From contig CM060731.1 of NCBI GenBank assembly GCA_030704615.1, forward strand, positions 86,614,001 through 86,678,000: 64,000 nt of DNA, written 5' to 3'. Origin of the DNA: Takakia lepidozioides. Its lineage: Eukaryota > Plantae > Bryophyta. Every line of letters begins with the position of its first letter. The stretch's first letter is position 1. Under the pieces are notes generated by a model, which searched no databases, had not been told where the DNA came from, and was given only the letters and a program-made list of their open reading frames with translations. Below, one piece after another: positions 23,934 to 35,923 of this stretch. Made by a program: the position numbers and the translations under genes.

Positions 23934-26900
23934 TCAATGATTTCTGGAATCCCTAAGGAGGAGTTTGTGCAGCTCGTTCACGCTCAACGCCGGTGCATGA
24001 ATAAAGTCATCAATAGTCACGTTCATCCTCAACCTCTTCAGGTAAATGTAATACAGATGCTTGCACGGATAATACTTCGAACCCTTCTTTGCTTCCATCA
24101 ACGAGAAGTCCGTACAATTGCAAGTCGGCTCCACTCCAATCGTAATTGTGTATACATCGTCGCGTACAGCCGAGCCGGCCGTTGCCATCCGATACACACG
24201 CCCAAGGCCGGGTGGGGGTACGTCCACGGAGCTCTGAATAGTGCAAGCCATCCCAAGAGCATTGGCAATCCGAGTCTCATTCAACTTGTTGGGAGGGTGT
24301 CGTCTCTTCACTCTTCCGAATCACATTGTGGGATGTGCAGAATTGTCCAATCCGTCTCTACTGGACCGAGCAGTCTGCAATGGCTGGGTCTGAGGAACCG
24401 GAAATGCGTGGGCCGGGATGTCTGTGCGTTGCACCATTCGAAATCCTGCTGCAGATAGAGCATCCGCCTCATTCTGAGAGAGGCTGCAACCCGGTGCAAC
24501 AGGCCAGACGCCCGGAGGCTCCGGCATTCCCTGAATCCCGTACTTGGGCTTGCCAAATACACAGGTCATTATGTCGTGCCTACAAAACCAAAATGTCTGC
24601 GTTGTGGCGTGAGCAAATGTGGGAGTAAAAAATCTGCCGCTGAAACAAGGTGCAGGTACAGCACCGTGTGGGTTCCTCCGAATCATCTCACCACAGTGTG
24701 CTCTCGTATCCACCCGGATGGCGCAGCACTTCCCTTGAAATGCCGGCAATGTCCTCGCAATTCTCCACTGTGACTCCGACACTCTTGTCTCCACAATGGG
24801 AATGTTGTACTGCTTTACTACAGATGGCTCGTTATATTGCCGGGGCACGCGCCCTGTGCTCGAAGGAGATGGCGATCTTGAACGTGCAGGACTTGCGGTG
24901 CTCGACGAGACCTCCTCGGGCAACATCACCGGACCACGAGGGAGCGTGCGAATATTCTTGTCAGCTCGCCATGAATCCTCCTCTCCGCCAGGTGCCTCGT
25001 CAAGTCTTCGTCTCACTGGATGGGTATGAACATCTCCTTCCAAATGTTGGCCTCTTCGCAGCAACGGCGTGTCCCGAAGGCCCTCTTGCAAGGCCGCCGC
25101 CCACTTCCGAGGATTCTTCGATCTAGAGGCAGTCCGCATCAGCATTTCCTGCCTGTCCGGCCCCAAGCCCCACTGTTTCCCTTTCAAGAACTCGTTTGTA
25201 CCTGCATTGCTGCATAATTGACCTCACAATGTCCTCCGTTGTGGCAGTGAGGATGTCCACCAGATGCGCCGCAGAGGAGGCACGCCAGGAAGAGTGCACT
25301 GATTCGGCCATGTTTGTCGTGGGCATGTCGGTGTCGGAGTCGAGACACATTTCCTGCACAAGCACATGTTGAGGTTACAAGCAAGTTACAAATATGGCCA
25401 AGAATAATATTCAACGGGACGCGAATTCGTGCAACTCACCTCCCGCATATAGTCGTCAAACTGGAGGAAATGATAATGCCACCATGCTAGCCAACTGACC
25501 ATTGCTCCCTCGTCTGATTTCCTTACAACACCTGACGATGTCCACCAAGCCCGTATGCATGCAAACTGTGTCTCTGCATCATCCAAGGTGGGAACGCGCT
25601 TCCATGCAAGGCACATGGAACGGTGCTCCTCTCTGAAATCTGGCGCCACGAGCCTGGTTGTGTACTGCGAAAGGCTCTGCAGAAAATGGAACCCACAAGA
25701 TCTCTCCTTGCCTTCCATAGGAACATTGGGGTCTTGCCCGTACACCCTTCGGATGGCAGCCCAATTTGCTTGTGCGTTGTCCGCCATGAAACCACGGAAA
25801 TTGGGAGGGGGCAATCCCGCCTTGGCCATCTGTTCGTTTATTCCCTGCCAAAGAAGCATCTCCGATTGTGTGTCCTCTCCTTTCATCTCACAAATAGCAA
25901 TTGTCATTAGCATCCTGCAGTGGGTGTCGTAGACATGTGCTCCCATTGTCACCCACTGGTGATTTGTAATTTGCTTGATATGGTCGAACATGACCCAACT
26001 GTTTGACAAGTTCCCACTCGTCATCCTGTCGACCAGTTCGACGCCGCTGCCAGGTCCACACGAGTTCCACCATCGGACAGCGTCATATACAGGGTTGTTG
26101 GGGACTTCATTTGCCCGCCAAATGCACCTTCTATCCTGGCGCCTTCCACGAAACAATCCGCGAATCAGAGAGTGGCTACCTCAAAGAGAGAAGTCCGCAA
26201 CGAAGTAAATCCAGAGCCGAACCCATCCATGAAGACGAGCGAGAACCGGGTTGTTCACAACCTGTCCGACTCAGACGAGGTCATGGAAGTTCCGAGGTCG
26301 TCCTGGAGATCAGGCAAGTCCTCAATGGACGTCAGTGGAGGAGGGAGTCATATTCCCAGCACGAGCACCGCAGTTCGATCTATTCTTGAAATTCTGCGAG
26401 GGCTTCACATGGAGGGACACCGGTCGGAGCTGGCCGGGCTGAACTACAGCAAGTTCGCAATTAAATCGGTTACATGCCTTCCCGCCGACGTCGACGGTAA
26501 TATCTTCTTTGAGTTCCCTCCTCGGGCGGACTACTTGAGGGCGTCCGGAATGTTGACAGATATGGATAGAAAACATGACGGTCATCCTTGGTGCGTTATC
26601 AAAACCACCAGCATGAAGATACTCGATGGTGTGTGGGTGCGCTACGTTGTTTGTGCGGGCGCGTTGCGGTGTTTATCCCCAACTTGCTTCCACTTTAAAT
26701 CTAGAGGTCACAGGAACGAGACCGATTGGACAGGCACAGCTCATCAACCATTTCGAGCTCAGGAGAAGGTTCCGAACTCCACATTTAAGTGTGCGCATTG
26801 CAAAGAACCACCACACTGCATGTCTGTTTGTAATGCCAAGCAGTTCTATGTGTTGCACCGTTTCCCTGACCTCACCCGAGCTTGCATACACGTTGGTTCC

Positions 26901-27537
26901 CATTGTCACAAATTTGCGAGGGGGAACTCGCGGGAGGCTGCCCACGAAGCAGAGCAGCTCGTTCAGGAGGAGGTTAAGTTGAGACCGGGTGCCAAACCCA
27001 AACAGATACAGCTCCAAGCCGCCCATAAGATGGCATTGGCTAGAATTATGTCGGAAGACGGCTCCGATAGAGTTCCTCTCGACGAGAAGGAAATGGAGGC
27101 ATTGCTGGAGTCGGTGTCCAATGTATGTTCACCGAATGTCCGAAACCACATTGTCTCATGCAAACAAAAAATTGGGCGTGGCTCGGATATGCACTCCATT
27201 CTGGAGGTGAAGCGGCGATGTGGATATGACTACATTCATGGAAGTAGGTTTCCAGGACAAGGGACTGAGGCAGATCGTTGTTTCGTATTCAAAATGTCCA
27301 TTCCCTGCCATCGCCGAAATCATCGTGGAGCACAACAATACTCTCGACAACAAGACCGTTAGAGTCCTTCCTTTCCTCCTCCAAAAAAACCGACCCCGGT
27401 TTCAGGTGGTATCGAACGCACAGATATTTCTCCATCACCCGGCAGATGTCCCCTCTGCACGGAAATGAAGCTCTATGCTCGTGAGGAGGGCAGTACACTG
27501 TAGCGCTCGGGTTTTCCGCCATGGGAGATGTGCACAC
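23934..27537 (-). pseudogene. MULE DDE transposase with N-terminal GCM-like Zn domain and C-terminal SWIM finger, disrupted by an internal inversion (26061-27297)
   Basis: Putative catalytic motifs are WVMFDHIK, FMADNAQA, CGFHF (CxxH) and TTNMAESVH. SWIM reads CNCTDF..PCKHLY. The GCM-like DGHPW..CAGALRC..C..HCH lies on plus inside the inversion. There is an intron at 25439-25354. Confidence 0.85.
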
Positions 27538-27749
27538 AAGACTGCCAGGATGGCGTGCGGGGAAGCTCCCTGGTAGAAGGGGGATGCAACGATGGGAAGG
27601 AATGCGGTGCCGATTTGTCCGAGCGACGAAGCCTGATCCAAATCCAGGGAGCCAACTATCTCAAAAATCCACAGTCAGAGTGTTAATGAACCTTGTCTCC
27701 GGAATGCGGCCCCTGGTCTTTGCGCAATAACTGCCAACGGTATGCAGTC

Positions 27750-29640
27750 AGAAAGTGGGGGGCCGTCCGGATGATGTCGGCTGAAGGGGGGAGAAGCCGG
27801 CACCGTGCCGTCACATTACTACCCCCGAATGGAAATTCGGCACCCAATATCCAACAGGGGAAAGCCCGGATGAAGTCGCCTCGGGCGTAGAGGCCGACGC
27901 GTGTGCGACAGAGAACATCCCCTGGATGGAGATTCGGCGCCGAATTTCCATCCGGGCCCCCTCAAAGGAAGTCGTGTCGGGGGGTCAGGCCGAAAACTGG
28001 CCGGCATAAAAACATCCCCAGATGGAAAAACGGCGCCGAATTTCCATTCGGGGCGGTTCGGATGCAGTCGGGGAGGGGGGAGAGGCCGGCACCTGGCCGT
28101 CACATTTCAACCCCCGGACGGAAATTCGGCACCGAATATCCAATAGGGGACGCCCGGATGAAGTCGCCTCGGGCGTAGAGGCCGGCACGTGTTCGACAGA
28201 GAGCATCCCCTAGATGGAGATTCGGCGCCGAATTTCCATCCGGGCCCCCCCAAAGGAAGTCGTGTCGGGGGTCAGACCGAAAACTGGCCGACATAAAAAC
28301 CTCCCCAGATGGAAAAACGGCGCCGAATTTCAATCCGGGGCCGTTCCAATGCAGTCGGGGAGGGGGGAGAGGTCGGCACCTGGCCATCATATTTCAACCC
28401 CCAGACGGAAATTCGGCACCGAATATCCAACAGAGCGGCGGAGAGGCCGGCACCTCTCCGACAGAGACCATCCCCCGGATGGAAATCCGGCGCCGAATTT
28501 CTATCCAGCATGTAAGTGGAATCCCGGATGGATGGAGATCTGGCGCCGAATTTCCATCCTGCAGGTAATTTGAATCCCGGATGGATGGAAATTCGGCGCC
28601 GAATTTCCATCCAGCAGGTAAGTGGAATCCCGGATGGACGGAGATCCGGCGCCGAATTTCCATCCTGCAGGTACTTCGAATCCCGGATGGATGGAAATCC
28701 GGCACCGAATTTCCATCCAGCAGGTAAGTGGAATCCCGGAGGGATGGAAATCCGGCGCCGAATTTCCATCCAGCAGGTAATTCGAATCCCGGAGGGATGG
28801 AAATCCGGCGCCGAATTTCCATCCAGCAGGTAATTCGAATCCCGGAGGGATGGAAATCCGGCGCCGAATTTCCATCCAGCAGGTAAGTGGAATCCCGGAT
28901 GGATGGAAATCCGGCGCCGAATTTCCATCCAGCAGGTAAGTCGGATCGCTGGCGTATGGATATTCGGCGCCGAATTTCCATTCGCCAGGTATTTCATCGC
29001 TCAGAATTACCTTCGTGCAGGTAATTCTTATCGATGAATAACCTTCCTGAGGTAATTCCGAGCGTAGGAAGAGAAGGTAATTCATCATCGCTCAGAATTA
29101 CCTGCAGGAAGGTAATTCTGAGCGATGAAATACCTGGCGAATGGAAATTCGGCGCCGAATATCCATACGCCAGCGATCCGACTTACCTGCTGGATGGAAA
29201 TTCGGCGCCGAATTTTCCATCCATCCGGGATTCGAAATTACCTGCAGGATGGAAATTCGGCGCCGGATTTCCATCCATACGGGATTCGAATTACCTGCAG
29301 GATGGAAATTCGGCGCCGGATCTCCATCCATCCGCTCTCCGCCCAACCTTTGCGGATGTAAAATCCGGCCCCGGTTTCCATCCATCTGCCTCCGAATACC
29401 TGCTTGAGGGAAAATTTCGCGCGCCGCCCTACCTGCACGGATGGAAATCCGGCCGCAGGATTTCCATCCATCCGCTTCTGAATTATGGTGGAGGGAAATT
29501 TCGAGCGCCGCCCTACCTGCGCGGATGGAAATCCGGCGCCGGATTTCCATCCATCCGCTTCTGAATACCTGCTTGAGGGAAATTTTCGCGCGCCACCCTA
29601 CTTGCTGGATGGAAATTCGGCGCCGGAATTACCTCTACGT
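27750..29640. repeat. Central array of palindromes GGAAAT(T/C)CGGCGCCGAATTTCC: about 290-310-bp units, then 53-bp units, mirrored about 29060
   Basis: GAATCCCGGA recurs at 28519, 28572, 28625, 28678, 28731, 28784, 28837 and 28890. 28905-29012 is essentially the reverse complement of 29109-29215. Confidence 0.9.
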
Positions 29641-30399
29641 TGGAAATTCCGGGCCTCTTTCCGTCGATTTTCATCCGACATGGAGGGCTTCATCCGACAT
29701 TTAATTGCGCAGTTGGGCAATAAATGTCCACCGCCGTCGGTTTCATTCGGGCTGGCGACACATGGCTTCCTGGATACGTACCCTAAATCTCATGCTAATC
29801 TTGGCTTAACATGCTATTCGAGGCATGTCCACCCCAAAAACGGAGATTTTTTTCCATTTTGGCTGGGACTTATGCCGCCTGAAGGCGTGGCTCTCCTGAG
29901 AGAGACCTCACATCCAGACCACGGCGGAAGTTGAAAGCTCTGTACTACGGACGACAGCCAATCTCTCGCATGGCCAAACTGAAGCTCCAGCAGGAGATTC
30001 CAGTGTCTTGCTCACAACCCGCGCCAACTGAAGCCGAGTACTCTCAGACAAGCCACTTCTCTGCTTTCGCTTTGATCGATTTCTTTTTTGCTTTCGCTTT
30101 GTTGCCTCCTCGCTTTGTTTTTGCATCTTCATCCTGGCTTCGCTAGATGAGTGAACTTTAGATAGTTGAGTGAACCTTACATTGTTTGCAATGCGTGTGC
30201 AAATCCGGCAGCTATGGAGAAGGCTGCTTGTGCATGTCATTCTCAGGCAATTGTTGCATTTGTTTCATTGTTGTTGCATGGCTCTCCATACTTCCTAAAC
30301 TTGTTATGTTTTCATTTTGTTACACGATTGTTGCTATGGTGGTTGCGCTGCTCGTTGCGATGCTGTTTTTTGCACCGATGTTGGTTTTCACGATTTTTG

Positions 30400-33300
30400 G
30401 GAATCACAGAGTGACGACGAGCCCGGCACGCTGGTGGTATCATCGACAGCTCCAACTCATCGCATGTTTGAATCGCCCAACTTGGGGCGAGAGGGCAACT
30501 TCAACCTTTTGTTGGTGGACGGGAGGACTTGCAACGAGAGTACGACAGAATAGGCATTGGGGAGGTTGGTGCAGGCGGCATGGCAGGTGAAGGGCGTGAG
30601 GACATGAGGACAGCAGATCCGGCAATGGAGGTTGTTCATGCACATGCAGTAGGGCCCGCCCACGCAAAGAAAAAGAAGAAAGCTAAGCACATGTAATCCC
30701 CGGCGAGAGAGCCGTCACGTGCTGCGGAGAGGGAGTGAGCAGTGCGCGCGAGGGTGTCAGTTTGCCTCAATCAAAGGTGGTCGTCCTGGAGGGCTCCCCT
30801 GCTGCTAGCCCTAGTAAGAAACAGAAAGCCCGTGAGAGGGCAAAAGAGCAAAAGAACAGACGAGACAGAATGCTAGCCAGGAGGAAAGAGAAAAGGCCAC
30901 TGAAGAGGCCGGGGTGCCCAAATGACAGATGCCAATGTAAGCGAGGGACACACAGAGACGGTGGATCCCTCCAAGACACCACAGAGAGGCAGTAACACAC
31001 CGGTTAGACCATCGCGGGCAAGAGCAGCCCCCGCAATTACCCATACGGTGAGAGTGGAGGAGAGGAAAGAACACCAGAAGAGCACGGATTGTGCAAGTTC
31101 GAGGTGAAGCCAGGGAGAGGGCAGTAGAGACGGGGAGAGTGCTGGAGGTGGTTTCGCAGGTGGCTGACCCTGTTGAGGAGGACGACAGGGAGCTTTCTGA
31201 CCAGGATGACATCCTCCCGGACATCCCCCAGGCCCCAAACCCGAGCATACATGCTGGATTTGGCGGTCCTGGTGGGCTGCCGGAAAACCCCCTCTGCAGC
31301 AGACGTCATGTCTGAGGCGGATATGAAGTTGGCCGCTGCCAAGATGTTGGAGGCAACCCACAGCAACATTGGCAGGGTGCTGGGGGGCATGGTGTACCCG
31401 CCAAGCTTCGAATTCCCCTTTGCCGCTTGGTGTCATTGCAGATGTGAGACCTGCCCTCCCAGCGATATCGACAAGCTGAAATTCTCTTTCCGGGATGGAT
31501 ATCGAATGGGTCTGCCGCGTTTTTACGTTTCCATTGAGAACGACCACGGAGCTTCCCGTGCCCACACTTCCGATGAGGTGGACAAATGGGGTCCCCATTG
31601 GCAAAGGCAAAATGAGGAGTTCGAGAGATCGATTGCTAGTGATCCTCTTTTCCAGCACTTGTCCGTAAGATGTTCTACGTGTGGGACGGCAATCATCGCC
31701 TCCTGGCATGGATGGAGCACATTGCCCAAGCCCACCCCAACGACCTCGATTGGCATTTCGCCGTGGATTGTGTTGTGCTGAAGGTTGCGGGCCCCAAAGA
31801 TCGCAGTCTTCTCAAAGCTGCAATGGCCGACATCAACTCGTAAGCTACAACCCCTCTCGGTTTTGGACTTTGAATTTGGAAGTCATTTCATTGCGAATCC
31901 TCATATATGATGAAAATTCCCATTTCAGAATTGTTTGATGGAAATGTGGCACTGCAGGGTGACTGAGAATGCCTTCATTGCCACCAACTTGTCCCATATG
32001 CTCTTCCGAGTGAAGGATGTCGGAAAGCAGGGGGTGCAAGAGTTTGCCAATTCCCTCAGTGCCGACCTCCTGCGCAAGTCGGAGGCAAAGGTAGACAGAA
32101 CCTGGTATAGGCTGAGCGTCGACGCCATGGTGGACTACATATTTCGGGTAAAGCTCCTGACAGTTTTGTTGAGCTAATCTGTCTCTCCTCCCCCAATAGA
32201 AGAAATTGTGTTGAGCAGGATCTCTAATCTTATGTGCGCATTCTTGACAGACGAAAATACAGCAGGATTTGGCACATGCGCGGAGGTTCTACATGGAGTC
32301 AGAGGAGAAGAATCCAACCCTCCCGGAACTCGAATCGTATGTCAAAGCTGCGGAGGTGAGGGCCCGCATAAAGTACAAGTCGCGGATGGTAAAGTACGTG
32401 GCCATAGCTGATCCCGCCCTTGGTGCCGACTTTCTGGTGGAGGTGGGGAAGCACTACTCTCGCGCTCTGAAGCCCACGATGACATTGGAGAAGCTCCATC
32501 GTCTAGCCACATCCTGTGTGGATGCAACAGAAAAGGTGATACATTCTTAACCAAATTGTGGTGGCAACAACTCCTTTTTGTGGTGTTTGGCGCTTACGAA
32601 TATGCTGGGTGGTTGGACAGACCTGGTGGCTCCAAATCTGGAATGGTTCCCAAAGTACCAGGGACATGTGGAGCTTCCCCAAACCGGACAAACTCTCTGA
32701 CCCCACATTCGACATGTGGATGAACCGCATGACATGGTGGTTTCAGGTACTTCCCCACGCTTCGTTTGGGGCTTCTACTCTAGTAGGGGGTGGATTCATT
32801 GTATTTTTTCAGGAAAGCGATCTGATGGAGAATCTCCACAGATGACGACGAATGCGCAAGAGCAGCTGGACACACAAGCACATCAGTTCAAGATGGAGAT
32901 ATCTCCTGCAGCAGAGAGCCTACGTGACTATGTGAGGAGGTACTTTCTGCTCTACAAAACCAACCTATTCTTTCGGGAGATGGCAGATGCTCGCCGGAGC
33001 CACGAGTTCACCGACCAGCCGAACGCGGACAAAGCAACAATGCGCCTTCTGTACAGGTACATACGCGCTGCCTTTCTTTGAAGTCCTTGCATTTCAGGAT
33101 GTTAGAAGCCTCATGTGGTGTTAGGGAAAATGGCGTCGAATTTCCAGTCAGGGCTCCGAAAATGGCTAAGTCCCTAGACTGGCTGGCCCTGAACTGGAAA
33201 TTCGGCGCCATTTTCCAGTTCTAGGCCCTATTGCCGTTCAGGGACTTGGCCATTTTCGGGCTAAGTCCCTAGACTGGCTGGCCCGGAACTGGAAATTCGG

Positions 33301-34602
33301 CGCCATTTTCCAGTTCTAGGCCCTATTGCCGTTCAGGGACTTAGCCATTTTCGGGCTAAGTCCCTAGATTCGCTGGCCCTGAACTGGAAATTCGGCGCCA
33401 TTTTCCAGTTCCAGGCCCTATTGCCGTTCAGGGACTTGGCCATTTTCGGGCTAAGTCCCTAGGGTGGCTGGCCCCGAAGTAGAAATTCGGCGCCATTTTC
33501 CAGTTGTAGGCCCTATTGCCGTTCAGGGACTTAGCCATTTTCGGGCTAAGTCCCTAGACTGGCTGGCCCCGAAGTGGAAATTCGGCGGCATTTTCCAGTT
33601 CTAGGCCCTATTGCCGTTCAGGGACTTAGCCATTTTCGGGCTAAGTCCCTAGACTGGCTGGCCCCGAACTGGAAATTCGGCGCCATTTTCCAGTTCTAGG
33701 CCCTATTGCCGTTCAGGGACGTAGCCATTTTCGGGCTAAGTCCCTAGGGTGGCTGGCCCTGAACTGGAAATTTGGCGCCATTTTCCAGTTCTAGGCCCTA
33801 TTGCCGTTCAGGGACTTAGCCATTTTCGGGCAAAGTCCCTAGGGTGGCTGGCCCTGAACTGGAAATTCGGCGCCATTTTTCCAGTTCTAGGCCCTATTGC
33901 GGTTCTAGGACTTGGCCATCTTCGGGCCAAACCGGGAAAAATGGCGCCGAATTTCCAGTTCAGGGCTCCCAAGATGGCTAAGTCCTTAGGGTGGCAGTCA
34001 CCGAAAACCAAAATTCGGCGCCATTTTTCCATTTCTAGGCCCACTCACATCCGCCCCAACCTGGGAAAATGGTGCCGAATATGCATTTCAGGGACCTCAT
34101 TGTGTTTTTCATGAATGCAGGTACTGCAAGTTCTCCCTTTTGGAGAAAGGTCATCTGTCTTTCGAGCCACCATTCTTCTTGGCATGGAGGAACCCTGGGG
34201 CTGACTCCATGTACACAGACGATATTGTGAAGGAGTGGCATCTGGAACATTTGCGTGATTGCCCTTGGTATGTGGACCTTCCGCCCGGCTCGCTCGACCC
34301 ATCCGAGTTTCAATTGAAGCTGGATGCTGAATTCCGACGAAACCGGGCTCCGCTGCCTCCGTTGGGTGCAAAAGAGGCAAAAACGCTTGCGAACTCCAGG
34401 AAAGCGGCAGAGCTTGCTCAGGCAGGAATTCAGGAGAAATTGCATGAGAAGAGTAAAGGCCAAAGGAAAAGGACAAGGAAACAGGTGAGTGCAGTAACAC
34501 CCAAAAAGAAGAAAACCATCGGGGCATCGGAGGAGGCACAGGAGGGGACCCAAGAGAGTGACTCGGACGACGACTTTGTTCAAGGTCCTGCGACTGCTGG
34601 TC
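30400..34602 (+). pseudogene. Multi-exon transposon accessory gene encoding a ParB/Sulfiredoxin-fold protein; frameshifted as assembled and 3' truncated
   Basis: 31400-31500 gives AKLRIPLCRLVSL..VRPAL.SDIDKLKFSFRDGY across single-base shifts. 31670-31839 gives MFYVWDGNHRLLAWMEHI..INS|GT. Further exons are about 31958-32146, 32251-32535, 32812-33056, 34039-34071 and 34121-34602. The N-terminus is basic and NLS-like. The true start is uncertain. Confidence 0.7.
33130..34030. repeat. 95-bp tandem array (about 8 copies) filling intron 33057-34038
   Basis: GGGAC(T/G)T recurs at 33241, 33336, 33431, 33526, 33621, 33716 and 33811. Each unit has GGAAATTCGGCGCCATTTTCC or a near variant. Confidence 0.92.
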
Positions 34603-35923
34603 CAGCCCGGCCAGCTCCGACCGGTGTCCCTCCAGGTGAAGCCCTCGCAGAATTTCAAGAATAGATTGAACTGCGGTGCTCGTGCTGGGAATATGACTCC
34701 CTCCTCCACTGACGTCCATTGAGGACTTGCCTGATCTCCAGGACGACCTCGGAACTTCCATGACCTCGTCTGAGTCGGACAGGTTGTGAACAACCCGGTT
34801 CTCGCTCGTCTTCATGGATGGGTTCGGCTCTGGATTTACTTCGTTGCGGACTTCTCTCTTTGAGGTAGCCACTCTCTGATTCGCGGATTGTTTCGTGGAA
34901 GGCGCCAGGATAGAAGGTGCATTTGGCGGACAAATGAAGTCCCCAACAGCCCTGTATATGACGTTGTCCGATGGTGGAACTCGCCATTCCCTGCCATCGC
35001 CGAAATCATCGTGGAGCACAACAATACTCTCGACAACAAGGCCGTTTGAGTCCTTCCTTTCCTCCTCCAAAAAAACCAACCCCGGTTTCAGGTGGTATCG
35101 AACGCACAGATATTTCTCCATCACCCGGCAGATGTCCCCTCTGCACGGAAATGAAGCTCTATGCTCGTGAGGAGGGCAGTACACTGTAGCGCTCGGGTTT
35201 TCCGCCATGGGAGATGTGCACACAAGACTGCCAAGATGGCGTGCGGGGAAGCTCCCTGGTAGAAGGGGGATGCAGCGATGGGAAGGAATGCGGTGCCGAT
35301 TTGTCCGAGCGACGAAGCCTGATCCAAATCCAGGGAGCCAACTATCTCAAAAATCCACAGTCAGAGTGTTAATGAACCTTGTCTCCGGAATGCGGCCCCT
35401 GGTCTTTGCGCAATAACTGCCAACGGTATGCAGTCAGAAAGTGGGGGGCCGTCCGGATGATGTCGGCTAAAGGGGAGAAGCCGGCACTGTGCCGTCACAT
35501 TACTACCCCCGAATGGAAATTTGGCACCCATTATCCAACAGGGGCCGCACGGATGAAGTTGTCTGGGGCAGAGATGTCGACACCTGTCCGACAGAAAACA
35601 TCCCCCGGATGGAAATTCAGGGCCGAATTTCCATTCGGATCCACCCAAAGGAAGTCATGTCGGGGGGTCAGGCCGAAAACTGGCCGACCTAAAAACCTCC
35701 GCGGATGGAAAAACGGCGCCGAATTTCCATCCGAGGCCTTTCGGATGCAGTCGGCTCGGGGGAAAGGCCGCCATCTGGCCCTCACATTACAACCCCCGGA
35801 CGGAAATTTGGCACCGAATATACAACAGGGGAAGCCCGGATGAAGTCGCCTCAGGCGCAGAGGCCGGCGCGTGTGCGATAGAGAACATCCCCTGGATGGA
35901 CATTCGGCGCCGAATTTCCATCC
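34603..35923 (-). mobile_element. Second copy of the MULE transposase 5' end and upstream repeats, not inverted
   Basis: The ORF from 35223 (MCTSP..DGREWRVPPSD..GHRSELAGL) is nearly identical to 27537-27298 joined to 26061-26440. Confidence 0.9.

Larger units (their letters stand above)
23110..34602. mobile_element. Large Mutator-like transposon (family 2) with divergent transposase and ParB-like accessory gene; right end missing
   Basis: The terminus GAGGTTTGCTATTTCATGAGC interrupts gag, and the same terminus occurs inverted at 61474. A MULE transposase lies on minus. One motif, AAATTCGGCGCC, recurs from 23300 to 34025. Confidence 0.8.

Noticed and set aside
28478-28940. CRISPR-like array of palindromic repeats
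   Set aside because: The inter-palindrome segments are near-identical rather than unique spacers, there are no cas genes, and the context is eukaryotic.
27750-29934. Many 70-240-aa ORFs (MEIRRRISI, WKFGAEFP repeats)
   Set aside because: They are translations of a stop-poor tandem palindrome on both strands.
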